From positions 434,001-498,000 of the forward strand of contig NIVC01000045.1 of the NCBI GenBank assembly GCA_002269645.1: a stretch of DNA of 64,000 bases, read 5' to 3'. The DNA comes from Macrostomum lignano. Lineage: Eukaryota. Below the pieces are notes generated by a model. That model searched no databases. It was given only the letters and a program-made list of their open reading frames with translations, and had not been told where the DNA came from. Within the stretch, counting starts at the first letter, position 1. The number at the start of each line of letters is the position of its first letter. Shown here piece after piece: positions 49,373 to 63,263 of this stretch. Both the position numbers and the translations under genes were made by a program.

Positions 49373-49876
49373 ATGGTTCGAGAACTTTGGGCAAGATTAT
49401 CTAAAGATGAAGAAAGGCATCTGCGAGTCAGTGAAGAAATGAAAATACGGAAGATGAAGGAGAAAGCCACGGATTTATTCCATAAACTTCGAAGTTCGCT
49501 TCAATATGAGAACGAGCAAGCGGCTCAGGCAGAGGTAATTAGTGAGGGGGAGTTAGAAGCCATCTGCAACGACATCACACGCCGAGGTCCTGTTGACAAT
49601 GGGGTGCCGGAACTGCATGAAAACTTGGTTAAGCAGGACCAAATTTGCAACCGGCGAACTTGGGTGGCAGCATTTTTTCTTGGAAAAGTTTATGACCAAT
49701 TTATTACGAGGCATCAGCAGACATTAACAAGCCTGGCGGAACTGTTCAGCGTGAGTTACTACCACGTGCAATCCCGCCATAACATCTATACTCTGGTGAC
49801 CGAGCTTCTACGGCTCCGCTTTTGCTCTGTTTCGGCTACATTCCTGCATGACAACTCTAGGACAATTCGGATGTAG
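49373..49876 (+). CDS. Hypothetical helical protein, 167 aa, probably TE- or virus-derived
   Basis: Open frame with protein-like composition in AT-rich surroundings; no family recognised. Confidence 0.4.
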   Translation: MVRELWARLSKDEERHLRVSEEMKIRKMKEKATDLFHKLRSSLQYENEQAAQAEVISEGELEAICNDITRRGPVDNGVPELHENLVKQDQICNRRTWVAAFFLGKVYDQFITRHQQTLTSLAELFSVSYYHVQSRHNIYTLVTELLRLRFCSVSATFLHDNSRTIRM

Positions 49877-52800
49877 AGATCTCCAAACACAGTAGCCTAC
49901 TAAAAGTAGTAACATAAAATTATGAACACAAATTTAAAAATAGCCATGTGTCATACTCTATTTTTAGTAATACCAGTCATATCACGCAAACAGCGAGTGG
50001 CTATGCTATTGTTCGAAAAAACCGGTTCTCGACATCTATTTTTAGAACTTCCAAATATGGTAAATGTTAGCCTGAATGTAACTCAAGTCTCAACTCTTTC
50101 TATTCAAAAACCCCACCTGTCAAATAAAAAAATTCCTTTCGTGAACTCATCAAAAAAACCGGTTTTGAGTGCAAGGTCGACTCAAGGCCGAAAAATTGAG
50201 TATAAATACAAACGCAAAATCCGAGCTGAAATCTCAGACTCGGAGCAGCCTCTGAAGATCTTGAAGCTTGCTGGAGCAGCTAAGCGAGGCCATATCTCTG
50301 AGGAAATACCTACCGTTCGGTAAGCTCTGGTTAGAGCCTTTGTTATTGATTTTGAGAGCGATTTATTGCCGGCCGTTACTGTCCAGTCGATTTGACTGAG
50401 TTCATTGAATTTGAGGCCTCCCGTTTTCCTAAGGGATTGGATAGGATCTGCGGACCGATTCCGATACCCTTAGAGGATTATCGATTGATTGATTTTGGTT
50501 ATCCTAGATTAACCGATAGGAGCACACGACTCCGATTCCGTTATTTCTAGAAGACGCCCTTCTTGGAGGACCTCGTTGTTAATACAGAAGGTGATTTTAT
50601 TACAAGGGCGCATCGTTGATATTGATTACTGAGCTTAAGGCCTATATTGATTTGCATTCGAGAAATACTGCGACGTCGCCTGATTGGATTGTCACGCTCT
50701 CATTCGGCCGATTCGAGACTTCAAGAAGATTCCTCCGGAGAAGAAAAGAAGATTTGAAGAAACGAGCTCGGAGAACCTGCACTACAAAAAAGAGGAGCCC
50801 GCAACAGTAAGTGATCACTGATTTTGTTCCCAGGCTTAAGTGTCTGGAAGTGGGAGTTTTCGGGAGACTGATCACCTCCCGAATCAACTCTTCACGGAGC
50901 GAAAGATGGTGGCAAACGGATGCAGCAGATTGGCTAGATCCGACTCCCCCAACAAGACCTCCATTAGCGGCTGAACTTCAAGAGCTTCTCGATGAGCACT
51001 GAGGTATGTGAAATGACGGAAAATCGTGTGTATTATTGGCCCTTCTAACGTGTAAAATTGCTTTAAAAGTTTCATTAGTAAATTAAAGTTGTCACACGTC
51101 TGTTTGACTGTTTTGTGCTCTACAACTCATTGCATTCCATTTTGTACCTTTGAATTCAATAAAAATATATATACGAGCGTATATTCAAACTAACCACTAT
51201 AATTATAATCATGCTGTGTCAGTTAGTGAGGCCACAGTCCCATGCAGTAAAATTGTGCTCGTTTTTTGTCGTGAAAAAGCTTTGTTATTTTTATCTTAGA
51301 ATTCCTGATTTGCAAGTCTTCTAAGTAATCAATTATTATTGGTATCCATTACGTACATTTACAACCTTCCGGAAACGTCTAAATGGTTCGTGCTGGGGGC
51401 GTAGTTGTGACCTCAAAAATAAACGCATCTTTAACGTATCAATATAACTCAATTTGGGACGCCTCCGTTATTTCCCGATACATACAATTGTTATACGGGA
51501 GTCGGAGTAGCCTGTGCTCGACCGTTTTGTTTATTCATTTCCGCTGCTAATAAACAAATAATTAAAACATACTCATACCTATTTATTTTCTCACATTATT
51601 TTTTAATCATTTTACACTTACGTGCATTTATTGCTGCATTTTTCACACCTGTCCACACCCATGTTCTTACAAGCGTATTAATTTACCCATATACACTCGC
51701 TTGCAATTAATTATTCAATTCACACCGCATTGATAGTGGCGACACTAACCGCTGACTCGAAATCATAAAGCGATAAGTACGACTTTGTTTTTGAAAGATT
51801 ACAAATGATCTGTGATAACTCCACATCCTGAAGGTAACAGGCTTGAAGACAACACAATGGACGAGTGTAAATCGAAACCCAACATCGCTAAAAAAGTAGG
51901 GTTGAAATTCAACAACTTTACGTTTGTGGGCTGGAAGGATATGGTTAATACAAATAAAATCTTGAGATACAGTCTACTCCACTGTGAAAGTAGTGGTATC
52001 CAGGCTTGGAAGTCGTCTTATCTCCGGTTAAATCCGGATGAGTTTTAAACTGATTGCATGCCAATCATTGGTTAGCATATAACCACGACTTAGCTTATCG
52101 AGCTGATAAACAATCACCAAAAGACGAATTACGTATGAAACATGAAGCAGACCAAAATATAATTGAAGGCTTAGGAAAGATTTTTCGTAAATCGATCACA
52201 CACAAACCTACCTAGATAGATAGAATAGATAGATAGATTGGAGTTTGTAAAATTTAGACCTAATAAACTTATAAAAAATAACCTAGGACCAAAGAGTAGG
52301 AGCCTACAGTCTGGAATGCGAAATTGGGCTGTCGGATACATACTCTGTACACCTATGTTTAAACTAGTATGGCACCACAAAGCGAATGTTGTGACACCCA
52401 AAAATTTAGGCAACATAGTTCATGGTGTATCAAATTCTAAATAGCAGACAACTAAACTTACCTGACATCTAAATTCTTGAAATAAAACAAATAAACTAGA
52501 GTAGTGGCATGCAAAACAGTTTAAATATGACCTGTTTGGGTTGGCTTACGAAGTACAAGGGGTGTTGCAAGTTTCTGAACTGTGTTCCCTTTGGACAGCA
52601 GGATTGTTTAAATAAGTGGAATTTTAGCTACTATTGTCTTGCACATTTTTTCTGTTGTATAAAGTATACAACCAGTTTATGGCCACGGAAAGGTAGTAGA
52701 AAATATTTTTAAATGCACCTAAATATAACTATACCGGTAATACCGGTGTATTAACAATATTCTGATAATAATAAAAGCATTTGAGCATGTATATTTATCA

Positions 52801-53099
52801 ATTTAAGATCGAAATATCTATACAGGTACATGTAGAGATACAGAGCAATACAGAGAAAATAAGCATGCAAAATTTAGATCACCTCACAGGAACAAAGTAA
52901 ACTAAAAAATGTTAAGCAAGGTTTACAACTATCTTACCACAAGTTGATGAGAAATTAAATTTTGATGATTCCACGCTTGACTAAAACGTAACATTTCTGT
53001 GAAGTTACAAAGCTTCCAATTATACTACTGTACTGATAAACATCAATTAACACGCAATTAAGATTAAACCGAAGGATTCTTAGGACGGGATTCACTCTT

Positions 53100-54505
53100 T
53101 CAACCGTTAGATCCTCCGGCGCCGCCACCGCCACCGCCAGATCGTTTCAGTTCAAGTAGTTCCCGAATCTCGCTTGTCAGCTGAGAACCAGCAGTAGCCG
53201 CGTAACCGCCGCGACTTCGACCACGATGATGACCACCGCCGCCACGATTGTCCGACGGTCGGGCGGCGGCGGCAACGTCGCGTCGACGGAAAAACGGTCC
53301 AGAAACACGGTTTCGCCAGCGCTGATGCTGAACAAACTGTTCGGTGGCATTGGATTGGAAGTTCGATGCCAGGTTTGCCGGCACTAAATCGGGTCGACCG
53401 CCGGCGGCTATGGCAGCGGCAGCAGCTGCCGCTCGCTCGTTTAACATTTTCTGTTTAGCTTCCTCTGTGGCCTCGATGTTGCGAATTCGAGCTTGTATGC
53501 CAAGATCTACCTGTCAATAAGAAGAAATTTTAAGTATTATTAGAATTGTCGTAGTCGTAAAAATGCATAAATTTTATTGGATTCTAAGTGCACGTTTTAA
53601 ATGAGCAAGTGTACTCGAAAATCAGCTTTAATATAGATTTTCTTATGTTAAGTTAAAAATGGATTCTTATTCATTTCCTTAATAATAAACTAGGCTGAGA
53701 CGAGGAACTTGCAGTAAATCATTTTTGTAAGTTTTGCCAAAAACTGAGGGTCGGTATAATTCAATAAATCGACTTTGCACAGTAAACCTTTAGTTGAATG
53801 CGGCAATTAGCAACAGAAAAAATTGGTAATAAGCTATCACTATTTAGACTTGCAGCACTGAATTTAATTCACTTTTTTTCAATATATAATTCAATTTTGG
53901 ACTGCACAAGCATTGTTAAAAGTTGGTTATTATTTTCAGCAATCAATCAGCAATTACAAGCTAGTTTTATGACAAACCTCGGGAATGCCTTGTAGAACAG
54001 CCTGGGAAGCCTCCGACTGCTGCTTGACAGTCGGTCGCAGCTCCGGCCGGACAGCCAAAAGCGGATCGTGCATCGCCGCGGAGTCGCCAGACGCGCCGTC
54101 GTCGTCGCCCTCGCCAGCTGGTCTACGCTTGCGCATCTCGGCTTCTACAAACTGCTGCATAGCGGCGTCCTGCTCTTGGGCGCGCGATTCCTGCGCAAAC
54201 TGTAGCGTTGAATCTTGAATGCCGCCAACCTCGCGGCGACGCTTGCCTCCAACTTCGTCTTCGTCGCCTAAACCGCGACGAGTTTTCTGACGGCGAACGC
54301 CTTGCACCAATTCAGCGTCTGTCAAACCGTGCGGTCGGGAACGCATTCGCTGGGCCTCCAGCAGCAGCCGCATCTCTTCGGCACGACTAAGAGGGGGTGC
54401 AGCATCTGCTTGGCCGTCGGGTGCTGCCGCTGCGGCGCCCGTAGCCGATTCATCCTCGCTCTCGGACGAGCTTTCAGTAACGCGCTGACGAACGCAACGA
54501 GGCAT
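53100..54505 (-). CDS. C9orf78: C9orf78/TLS1 (HCA59) splicing-associated protein homolog; exons 54505-53978 and 53510-53100 (312 aa)
   Basis: QRMRSRPHG, FAQES..EQDAAMQQFVEAEMRKR, LQGIPE|VDLGIQARIRNIEATEEAK, VPANLASNF, FVQHQR; phase-0 GT-AG intron. Confidence 0.88.
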
Positions 54506-57229
54506 GGGGTTTGTTAATTAATAAAAAAGATTTATATTTGCAATTGAAGAGCCAATACAACTTTCTATAACCATCAGCAGAGAAATTATTCCAATACGCT
54601 TTTTGACTATTTCAGTTTAATATAAGCCGGAAGCTAGCAAGGAGGCAAGGAAGCCTAGAAATTCTCACAGGTCGTATCAGCGACTGGAACTTTGCAAGGG
54701 TACTCGAGGGATTACCTTTGACGATGGGTTTCTATAAGGCTAGTTTATATGATTATTCTATTTTGTCGAAAGGTCTGATAACTGGTAGATATAGTGAATT
54801 ATGAGATAAGGCAAACAAACCTATATTAGTCACCCTTACGAATGTTAGGGCAAAATTGCACCCGCTTTCCTGGTCAGACATCTAGATAAATTGAAATAAC
54901 TTGAAATAACAAAAAACACGACAAGTAATGATTTAACCACAAATTACTATTAAGAGGGATTAAGTGTATGCATGAACTGTACTACGTAACTGCTTACTAC
55001 TAAGACCATTTAAAGCTTGGAGGTTGAATATTGTATTTATTTAATTTCATGACATATTGCGCATATAACTGACACATGCCGATATATAACGCAACAGGTG
55101 CCTCAAATTAATAAAAGTTTCATAGAATGTGCTTATGGGGGACAAGACTAACGACACACTACATAACTGTGCTTTATAACCTGAACTCTAATCTAGTTGC
55201 TTGAACAAAATAACAAATGTTTGTATCATTAGCTGTACTTGATCAAATCCGTTTATGTTGTACTGTTACTGACCTCTAGGCAACTAGATAATAAGTTATA
55301 TATTATACCTGACTAAATTAATAAACGAACGGATACATTATTAATAGATTAGTAAACTATTTCCACTGCTAAAATAACAACACCTCCTAAATCAATAGTT
55401 TGAAGCGAGCGAATAAACTGTTAGCATCGTCAGGCTTTGGAAAAAAAGTGGCCGGGAATAGCATGTTTCCCTGTAAACAATAGTTAAAGAGACGCAATCT
55501 ACTCAATAGCACAGATTAGCACGAACAAATAACATAAACCCGTTTATAAACCCCTAGACTGCAGAGCAAGGTCAGAGACTTATACTAAAAAACTAATTTT
55601 CAAATTAAAATCTCTGATTAAATTACCTTATCGGTAAGTCATAAAGGTCAGTCTAAATGAAACGGAAAGCAATAATAGAAGAAACCCTCCGTTTTAAACT
55701 GTTTCAAATAAATTTCTTACGCAGCACGCAGCAACCAGTAACTAAGAAGCACTGACAAAAAGCAGTTCGTTTTTTCTATTAATTTTTTCACATTCCTATG
55801 GTCTGGTAAAAAACGTGAGCTCTCCATTCGATACAGACTGATCAGTCATTTAACCCGATAAAAGCAACATACAGTTAGTCACACCTGCCCAGGGGGTTGT
55901 AGCCTATTAGTTAGAGTCACGACTCACGACTTGGACTGAACAGCCGTACGCAGCTTTCAGATGCGCCTCGCAAGGCGCAATTATTATTAATCACACCTGT
56001 CTGATAATACTTTGTAGGTAACCCACAGTCTAGAGGTGCAAGATACAATAAACTTCCGAATATCGAATTATAACTTTATTAAAGCAATAATGAGGTTTAA
56101 TGTGTCAAAAAGGGGGGTGTAGACCAGATAAAAAGAACACTTAAATGAATAAAAATCAAACAGAAACTGAATTAGACTAGAACGGATGAATGACAGTAAA
56201 ACAGAGCAGCTGTATCACAAAGCTAAACTTGATAATAGCATGCTTATAACTGCAGCTGTTGCAATAGTCGGGACTAGACCAAATAAGCAAATATTAATAT
56301 AGCAATATTTTGTATACGTGACTCAAAAAGTCGAGACAAATAATTATCTTCGTTGCCTACTAAGCACACAACTGACAAGTATAAAACAAATATTATATAA
56401 TATATAGAAATATGAAAAAAAAGTTTGCATAAAACACAAATTTTAATATTCGCTGCCAACAATAGACGACAGCTCCACAAATAGATCACAAGACAATAGG
56501 AAACGTATAGTGAGGTGTCTGGAATAGCATTGGTAGAGCCAAAATTATAATCCCAAGTAAACTAAAGCTTGTGTCATTAATAAATGTGTACCAAAGCTTT
56601 GATTATATATACTGATTAACAACTAATCACAACACGAAGTTTCAAACTAACTGTGCAATATATAAGCATAAACTTCCTAATACCTACATTAAATATTGAT
56701 ACGGTATTTTTTAGAACACTTGTTGCATATCAAATAATAATTAACTGGGTCATAACATAAAGAACAATCAGTATATATTATGCCAAAAAGACAGGATTTA
56801 CACAGTTTTGTGAAACTAAACACAATAGACCAGATTTTGGTGATTTTTAAACGCACGAAAAACTCCGAATTAGACAGACACAAAATAGTTTGGTAAGGAA
56901 CGTTGCTTACACACGCTAAATATTAATAAAACTTTTTCTATACCTTACTGATCAGTAGACAGACAGTAGTCAGTGGCAGCTGCGACGCGACTAGATACTA
57001 AGAGATTTTCTTAATAAATTGCAGACTAATAAATTCAAAATCTGTTATTACGTCGTGAATCAAAAGCGACAGAAGATTAGTAAAATCATGGGGCGATTAA
57101 AAATTGCTTCAGATGGAACGCCTGCTCTAATATCTTTACTCTAATAAGCACTACTAATCCTGATAAAATTGCAGTTAGTCTATTACGTTACTTCATCACA
57201 GAGAAAAAAAATTGTTTTTGTAGAGATGC

Positions 57230-60200
57230 TCATTTTGAAGAAGGCTTTGGAGAGGGCTGGCCGCCGCCACCGCCAGCGCCACCTCCGCTAGCGCCGCCAC
57301 CACCGCCACCACCAGCGCCGCCGCCGCTAGAAGAGCCGCCGTCTCCGCCTCCACCGCCGCCAGTAACGGAAACTGGAGTTAATTAAGGAAAGACAATCAG
57401 TGCAGCTAACCATTGCTAAGATGGATTGTTATAAAAAAATTATACTTTTACAGATGCACAAGCAGCATACTTTAATAGCAGGTTAAGAGCGGATCAGCTA
57501 GATGGATCAGAAATAACACAGTAGGGAAATACTAAAAAAACACACACAGTAGGTGAGACAAAGACTGTCAATATTTTTGGCCAATATTAACTCAGCAACA
57601 TTAAAAATTCGTCACTATATGCGCCAGTGAAAATTTTTTCTTGGGCTATTCTGAAATAAAAGAAGCGAGAAAATTGTGGAGTAGCCCTAATCAGTCTAAC
57701 TCTCCTCAACTCAAGTCTGCCGCGGCGTAGCTGAGTTGCGTCACTCGGAAAGATTGAGAGACTTTACCTGCACTCTCAAAAGTGGCGACCACAGACGGAA
57801 TCTTCTGTGATGACGACTTTTCGATGTTGCCGAGTATAGTTACGAAAGAGCCACGACAACAAAGTTCTGGTGCGTAATAAAAAATGCACACAGCAACGAG
57901 GGTCTTGATTGGTATTTGCCAACTACGGTGCTTTATTAAAAAGAACATTGAAGTTATGCAACCAGACATTTTTACAGAAATTCATGTCACTCAGTTGTCT
58001 CTAGACAAGAATCTGGGTAAAGTTCAAACGTAGACGCGGAACTAAACACAACCGGACTGTCCACTTTGGCACACTTGGAGTGAGTGCACTATTGAACAAT
58101 TCAGATTCATAACTATCCACTTATTTATGGCTATGAACATTTAGTATTTTAATATAACAAAAGCGACTAGCGCATATTAAAAAAACAGAAATAAAAGTCT
58201 GGCAGCTGTAATTCACATTAAGGAATTAAAATTTCGATGTGCTTAGGATGATTCGGCTAGGTCACTACAGATGTACACTTGCGCAATATACACAAACAGA
58301 TAGATATCCACATAGGCAGACACATAGACCCAGACACATACAGACAAAAAAGCACAGGCACATACAGACACACAAACACAAACACACATACAGACACAGA
58401 CAAACAAACGACACAGACACAACAGGCAGACACACAGACACACATATAAATACAGATATACAGACAGACACACAGACACATAAACAGATGCATTTACACA
58501 TGCAGACACACAAGCACATATACGCTCGTAAAGATGCTGGCACATAGACAGTCAGACATAAAAAGACATGCATACATGCAGACACAGACATATAAACACA
58601 GGCTCAACAACTTCACAGCCAAACACGCAAACACGTTTTAACGGCTTCAAGAACCAATTCTAATGTGATGCATTCATCCACGATGAGTCACAAGCAGACA
58701 CGTGCCTCATTGCTAATCATTAACAGTTGACTACTTTAGAATTTTGACTAAATGACTGAATCACTAGGCACAGTGCAAAATTTGCAACACAAGCAAAAAA
58801 CTTTGGACTGTACAGAAAAACACATAAAAAGCGTTTCTCTTACTTAAGCTAAAACTTTATTTTGCGATGAATTAACGTTAAATTGACCATGCGACGATGT
58901 TCCTGTTTCGACTTTTATAATCTGCAGTAATTAGTAGAATCTCTTTTATCTCTGTATCTCTGCGCAGTTGCGGACCTGTCTGCCTGTCACTGATTACGGT
59001 TCTGCTTTTTAAGTGGAGACAGACACTGAAAATGGTAATCAGATTTTGAGGCATTGGAGAAATTTTATTAAGAGAATGATAACAACAATAATATAGGCAC
59101 ATTTTTAAAGAGGTATGTAAGGGAAGAATAATCTGATTTCTCGATTGAAATTCGCACTAGAGTTTTTATTAATGGTACAACCGGGAGAAGTGCTGTTTTA
59201 ACGACATTTCTGTGTTTCTGTTAACAATAAAAGCCTTTGTCTTTCATAAAAAGTCGTTGATCATGCGCATCAGCTACTTGTAAATAAGGTACAAAATGCA
59301 CTTTTAAAAGAAAAAATGTTTTTAAAATTCAATTAAAGGATTAATAAGTGAAAAACAAAGTTCAAAATGCTACGAATAGAATGTATTATGAAATTCAATT
59401 TCTAGTAAATCAACAATTCTATCTTCTAAGTTATTACATAGTTAAGCATATCACTCACCAATAATGATGATGATGATAATGAGAGCCAGAACTCCGAGAG
59501 CAATCATCATCTGAAAATTAGAGATTTGAAGGACTCTGTTAAACAGCTCTAATACAAATCGAATGTTCACTAGCCCACAGTAACAAGATCTTAATGATGC
59601 AGTGTGGCAGGTAAACTCATCACAAGGCAAAGACCGCATGCATATAGGATATGTTTTTTTTAATTGTGACAAACTAAAGTTCTTATATGATGGGACATAA
59701 ATTACGATTGAAAATCATTGAATTAAAAAGAACTTTCATCTAGTTTGACAAAATTCTTGGTTTTAGTATTATTATCATCACTGGTGCTGCAGCCTGGACA
59801 CTTGTGCGATCAATCAGTTTACTCCAATATAGTGAGATTTTATTAAGCAATGCAGAAATTACAAACTTATCAAGTCGCAAGGAAATGCAAGGAAATCAAA
59901 TATAACTATAGAAAATAGAAAAATTAATTGCTTACAAAATAGTAACTTTGAATATAAAAATTCCAAAACTAAATCAACAAAATTTTCTTAAACTGTATAA
60001 ACAGCACTCGACCGAAAAAGCACCAAGACCTTTTATTGGTATTCAATGTTAAACACTGCCCAGAATCAGCTGATAGATTGGCTGCAAATTTGGGGGTTTG
60101 CATTGAAAAGAAAATTTTATACTTCATAAATCGACAAGGCGCTAGGTCGGCTAGGATAGAGAAAGTAGCTAAAAATCGAAATAGAATTCTGCTTGCAGCC

Positions 60201-63200
60201 TGTAAGATACGAGCGTAATTTTAGAACACAAAAAAACATATGGCGGATTTCTTTAATAAACACACGGCATACGCCCACACACTAATCAAAGAACTTCCGG
60301 ACTTCCTCAGCTTTTAATTAAGACCATCTAGCAGCAAACTAGGCCCATCACAAAGAATTACAAGCACGAAAAGATTACAGGTGTAAAGATACACGGACAA
60401 ATATAAAGCTATTTACCTTTATGTTTTTCCACCAGTACTTGTTTTTGAGCTTGCCAGCGCTGGCCTCGAACTGCGAGGCGCCGGCTTGTAGAGCGTCTGG
60501 TTGGGTTGAGTTTGTCGTTGGGGAAAACACGCTTTTACATTTTATCAATTTTAGTCTATTTTTATCACTATTATTATTAGTGGGATTTGCATGGATATCG
60601 AGGCTCAATATTGGGGAGTTGCTCGGATTCCATTGCTTAATTGAGAATTGCTGAGATGCCGTGACTCAATGGGGGAGTTGCTGAGATGCTATGGCTCAAT
60701 GGGGGATTGCTGTGATGCCAATTGGCTCAATGGGTGATTGCTGTGATGCCAATTGGCTCAATGGGGGATTGCTGAGATGCCATGGCTCAATGGAGGATTG
60801 CTGAGATGCCAATTGGCTCAATGGGGGATTGCTGAGATGCCATGGCTCAATGGAGGATTGCTGAGATGCCATGGCTCTTTGGGGGAGTTGCTGAGATTAC
60901 GAGTACTTACATGGCTCAATGGGGGAGTTGCTGAGATGCCAATTGGCTCAATGGGGGATTGCTGAGATGCCAATTGGCTCAATGGGGGATTGCTGAGATG
61001 CCAATTGGCTCAACGGGGGATCGCTGAGATGCCATGGCTCAATGGAGGATTGCTGAGATGCCATGGCTCTTTGGGGGAGTTGCTGAGATTACGAGTACAT
61101 GGCTCAATGGGGGAGTTGCTGAGATGCCAATTGGCTCAATGGGGGATTGCTGAGATGCCAATTGGCTCAATGGGTGATTGCTGAGATGCCAATTGGCTCA
61201 ATGGGGGATTTGCTGAGATGCTATGGCTCAATGGGGGATTGCTGTGATGCCAATTGGCTCGATGGGGGATTTCTGAGATGCCATGGCTCAATGGAGGATT
61301 GCTGAGATGCCAATTGGCTCAATGGGGAGTTGCTGAGATGCCATGGCTCAATGGGGGATTGCTGAGATGCCAATTGGCTCAATGGGGGATTGCTGAGATG
61401 CCATGGCTCAATGGGGGATTGCTGAGATGCCAATTGGCTCAATGGGGGATTGCTGAGATGCCAATTGGCTCAATGGGGGATCGCTGAGATGCCATGGCTC
61501 AATGGAGGATTGCTGAGATGCCATGGCTCAATGGGGGAGTTGCTGAGATGCCAATTGGCTCAATGGGGGAGTTGCTGAGATGCCAAGGCAATGGGGGAGT
61601 TGCTTAGATGCCAAGGTTCAATGGGAGAGTTGCTGAGATGCCAATTGGCTCAATGGGGGATTGCTGAGATGCCAATTGGCTCAATGGGGATTGCTGAGAT
61701 GCCAATTGGCTCAATGGGGGATCGCTGAGATGCCATGGCTCAATGGAGGATTGCTGAGATGTCATGGCTCATTGGGGGAGTTGCTGAGATGCCATGGCTC
61801 AATGGGGGAGTTGCTGAGATGCCAATTGGCTCAATGGGGGATTGCTGAGATGCCAATTGGCTCAATGGGGGATGGCTGAGATGCCATGGCTCATTGGGGG
61901 AGTTGCTGAGATTACGAGTACATGGCTCAATGGGGGAGTTGCTGAGATGCCATGGCTGAAACAGTAGCTAGCTAAAATTAGATAATTAATAAATAATATT
62001 AGAAACGCACCAGCGCGATCATCCAGATTTGTGATCTTGGCGTCCCGATCCAGCACTTTTTCAACGTTAACTCGCATGATGTCGACAACCTGCAGATTTC
62101 AGGTTATTATCAATTGCAAAAACAGCTCTAGCTGGCAATTTCACTCCTAGATCCTATTTTTTAAAACAAAAACTCACCTCATCAACTTGAGCCTGAGTCT
62201 GCTGCAGGCGCCTATTTGGCTGGTAGTTTGACTTCGGGGCACCAGTATCTCCTTCTCCAGCTGCTCCGGGAGCAGATCTAAATAAAATTATAAAAGCTTA
62301 TATATCAGAATACAATATTAATTAATGCACTAACAGTAAGAACACTACCCCCAACCCAAACCCCAACCCAAAGAGCAATGCAAGCTAAAAAATCCAAGAA
62401 GAGGTAGAAATTCTAGTAACAGACTTAGAATAAGATTATTTCTATTTTAAACTGTTGAGATATAGAAAAAAACTGCACTTGCTTGCTTACTAAAACAACT
62501 ACAATGGCAGATTTTATCATAGACAAAATGTGAGAATCTCAGCCACACACCGATATTTTCATATGCATCCACAGTCCACACTCTTTAAAGCACTTTTGGA
62601 AGCCTTTTTGGCAACATGCTTTCAGTGAGCTAGTGGTTAACAAATGGTATGCTCGATTCAGGGATTGGCAAATGAAGCTGCTAGAATGCTGGCAACGCCT
62701 GATTGCTGCCAAAGATGCTACTTTGAAGGACTGTAGAGTTCTGTAGCTTATCCAAATATTTGTTACTTAATGCCTAATGGACTTTTGGGATGCCTTATAG
62801 TAATGACTTGAAGCTTTAAAAAGAAGCCATAGACTTGCCTACAATTATGCTATTATTTATTACTAGAGACATGGAGCGACATTGTCACAGCTGGCAAGAG
62901 GCATTACTGCCCATTACGCTGGCTCCCCTGAGCAGCACAGATACATATGCAGTCATATGCACAGGCACCCATACACACAGCAGTGTACAGCGGCCCTGAC
63001 TTTATTTATCGTTAGGCATGTACACTTCACTGTGCCTTGGTGATTGGCCATCAAAGGAATCAATTACACAAGGAGATTCAAATTTAGCCCCAAATTAATG
63101 TGATTGCACTTATAATCAACTGTGGGACACTGGCACACCAGAGAATCAAGCAACACTACTAGGTTTCACGCCATGTCCATGGAAAGAAAGAACATCAAGT

Positions 63201-63263
63201 AATGCAGATTACTCACGGCGGACCACCTGGACCTTCACTGCCTGGCTGATTTGGGGCAGACAT
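57230..63263 (-). CDS. VAMP: Synaptobrevin/VAMP; exons 63263-63217, 62277-62178, 62089-62011, 60496-60417, 59510-59459, 57372-57230 (166 aa)
   Basis: [62 protein letters not shown] plus a TM helix; all introns GT-AG with consistent phases. Confidence 0.93.
58285..58600. repeat. Compound (CA)/(CAGA) microsatellite in a VAMP intron
   Basis: Read directly. Confidence 0.9.
60600..61956. repeat. Minisatellite of mixed 29- and 31-bp units in VAMP intron 3
   Basis: TGGCTCAATGGGGGATTGCTGAGATGCCAAT and TGGCTCAATGGAGGATTGCTGAGATGCCA repeated over ~1.35 kb. Confidence 0.95.

Noticed and set aside
55960-55990. GCGCCTCGCAAGGCGC hairpin as a Helitron 3' end
   Set aside because: No CTRR terminus or 5' TC partner identified
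58239-58591. Cys/Val- and Thr/His-rich ORFs
   Set aside because: Artefacts of the CA microsatellite; the same applies to ORFs at 36470-37063 and 34488-34772
60753-61879. Repetitive ORFs ([11 protein letters not shown]...)
   Set aside because: Translations of the minisatellite inside a VAMP intron
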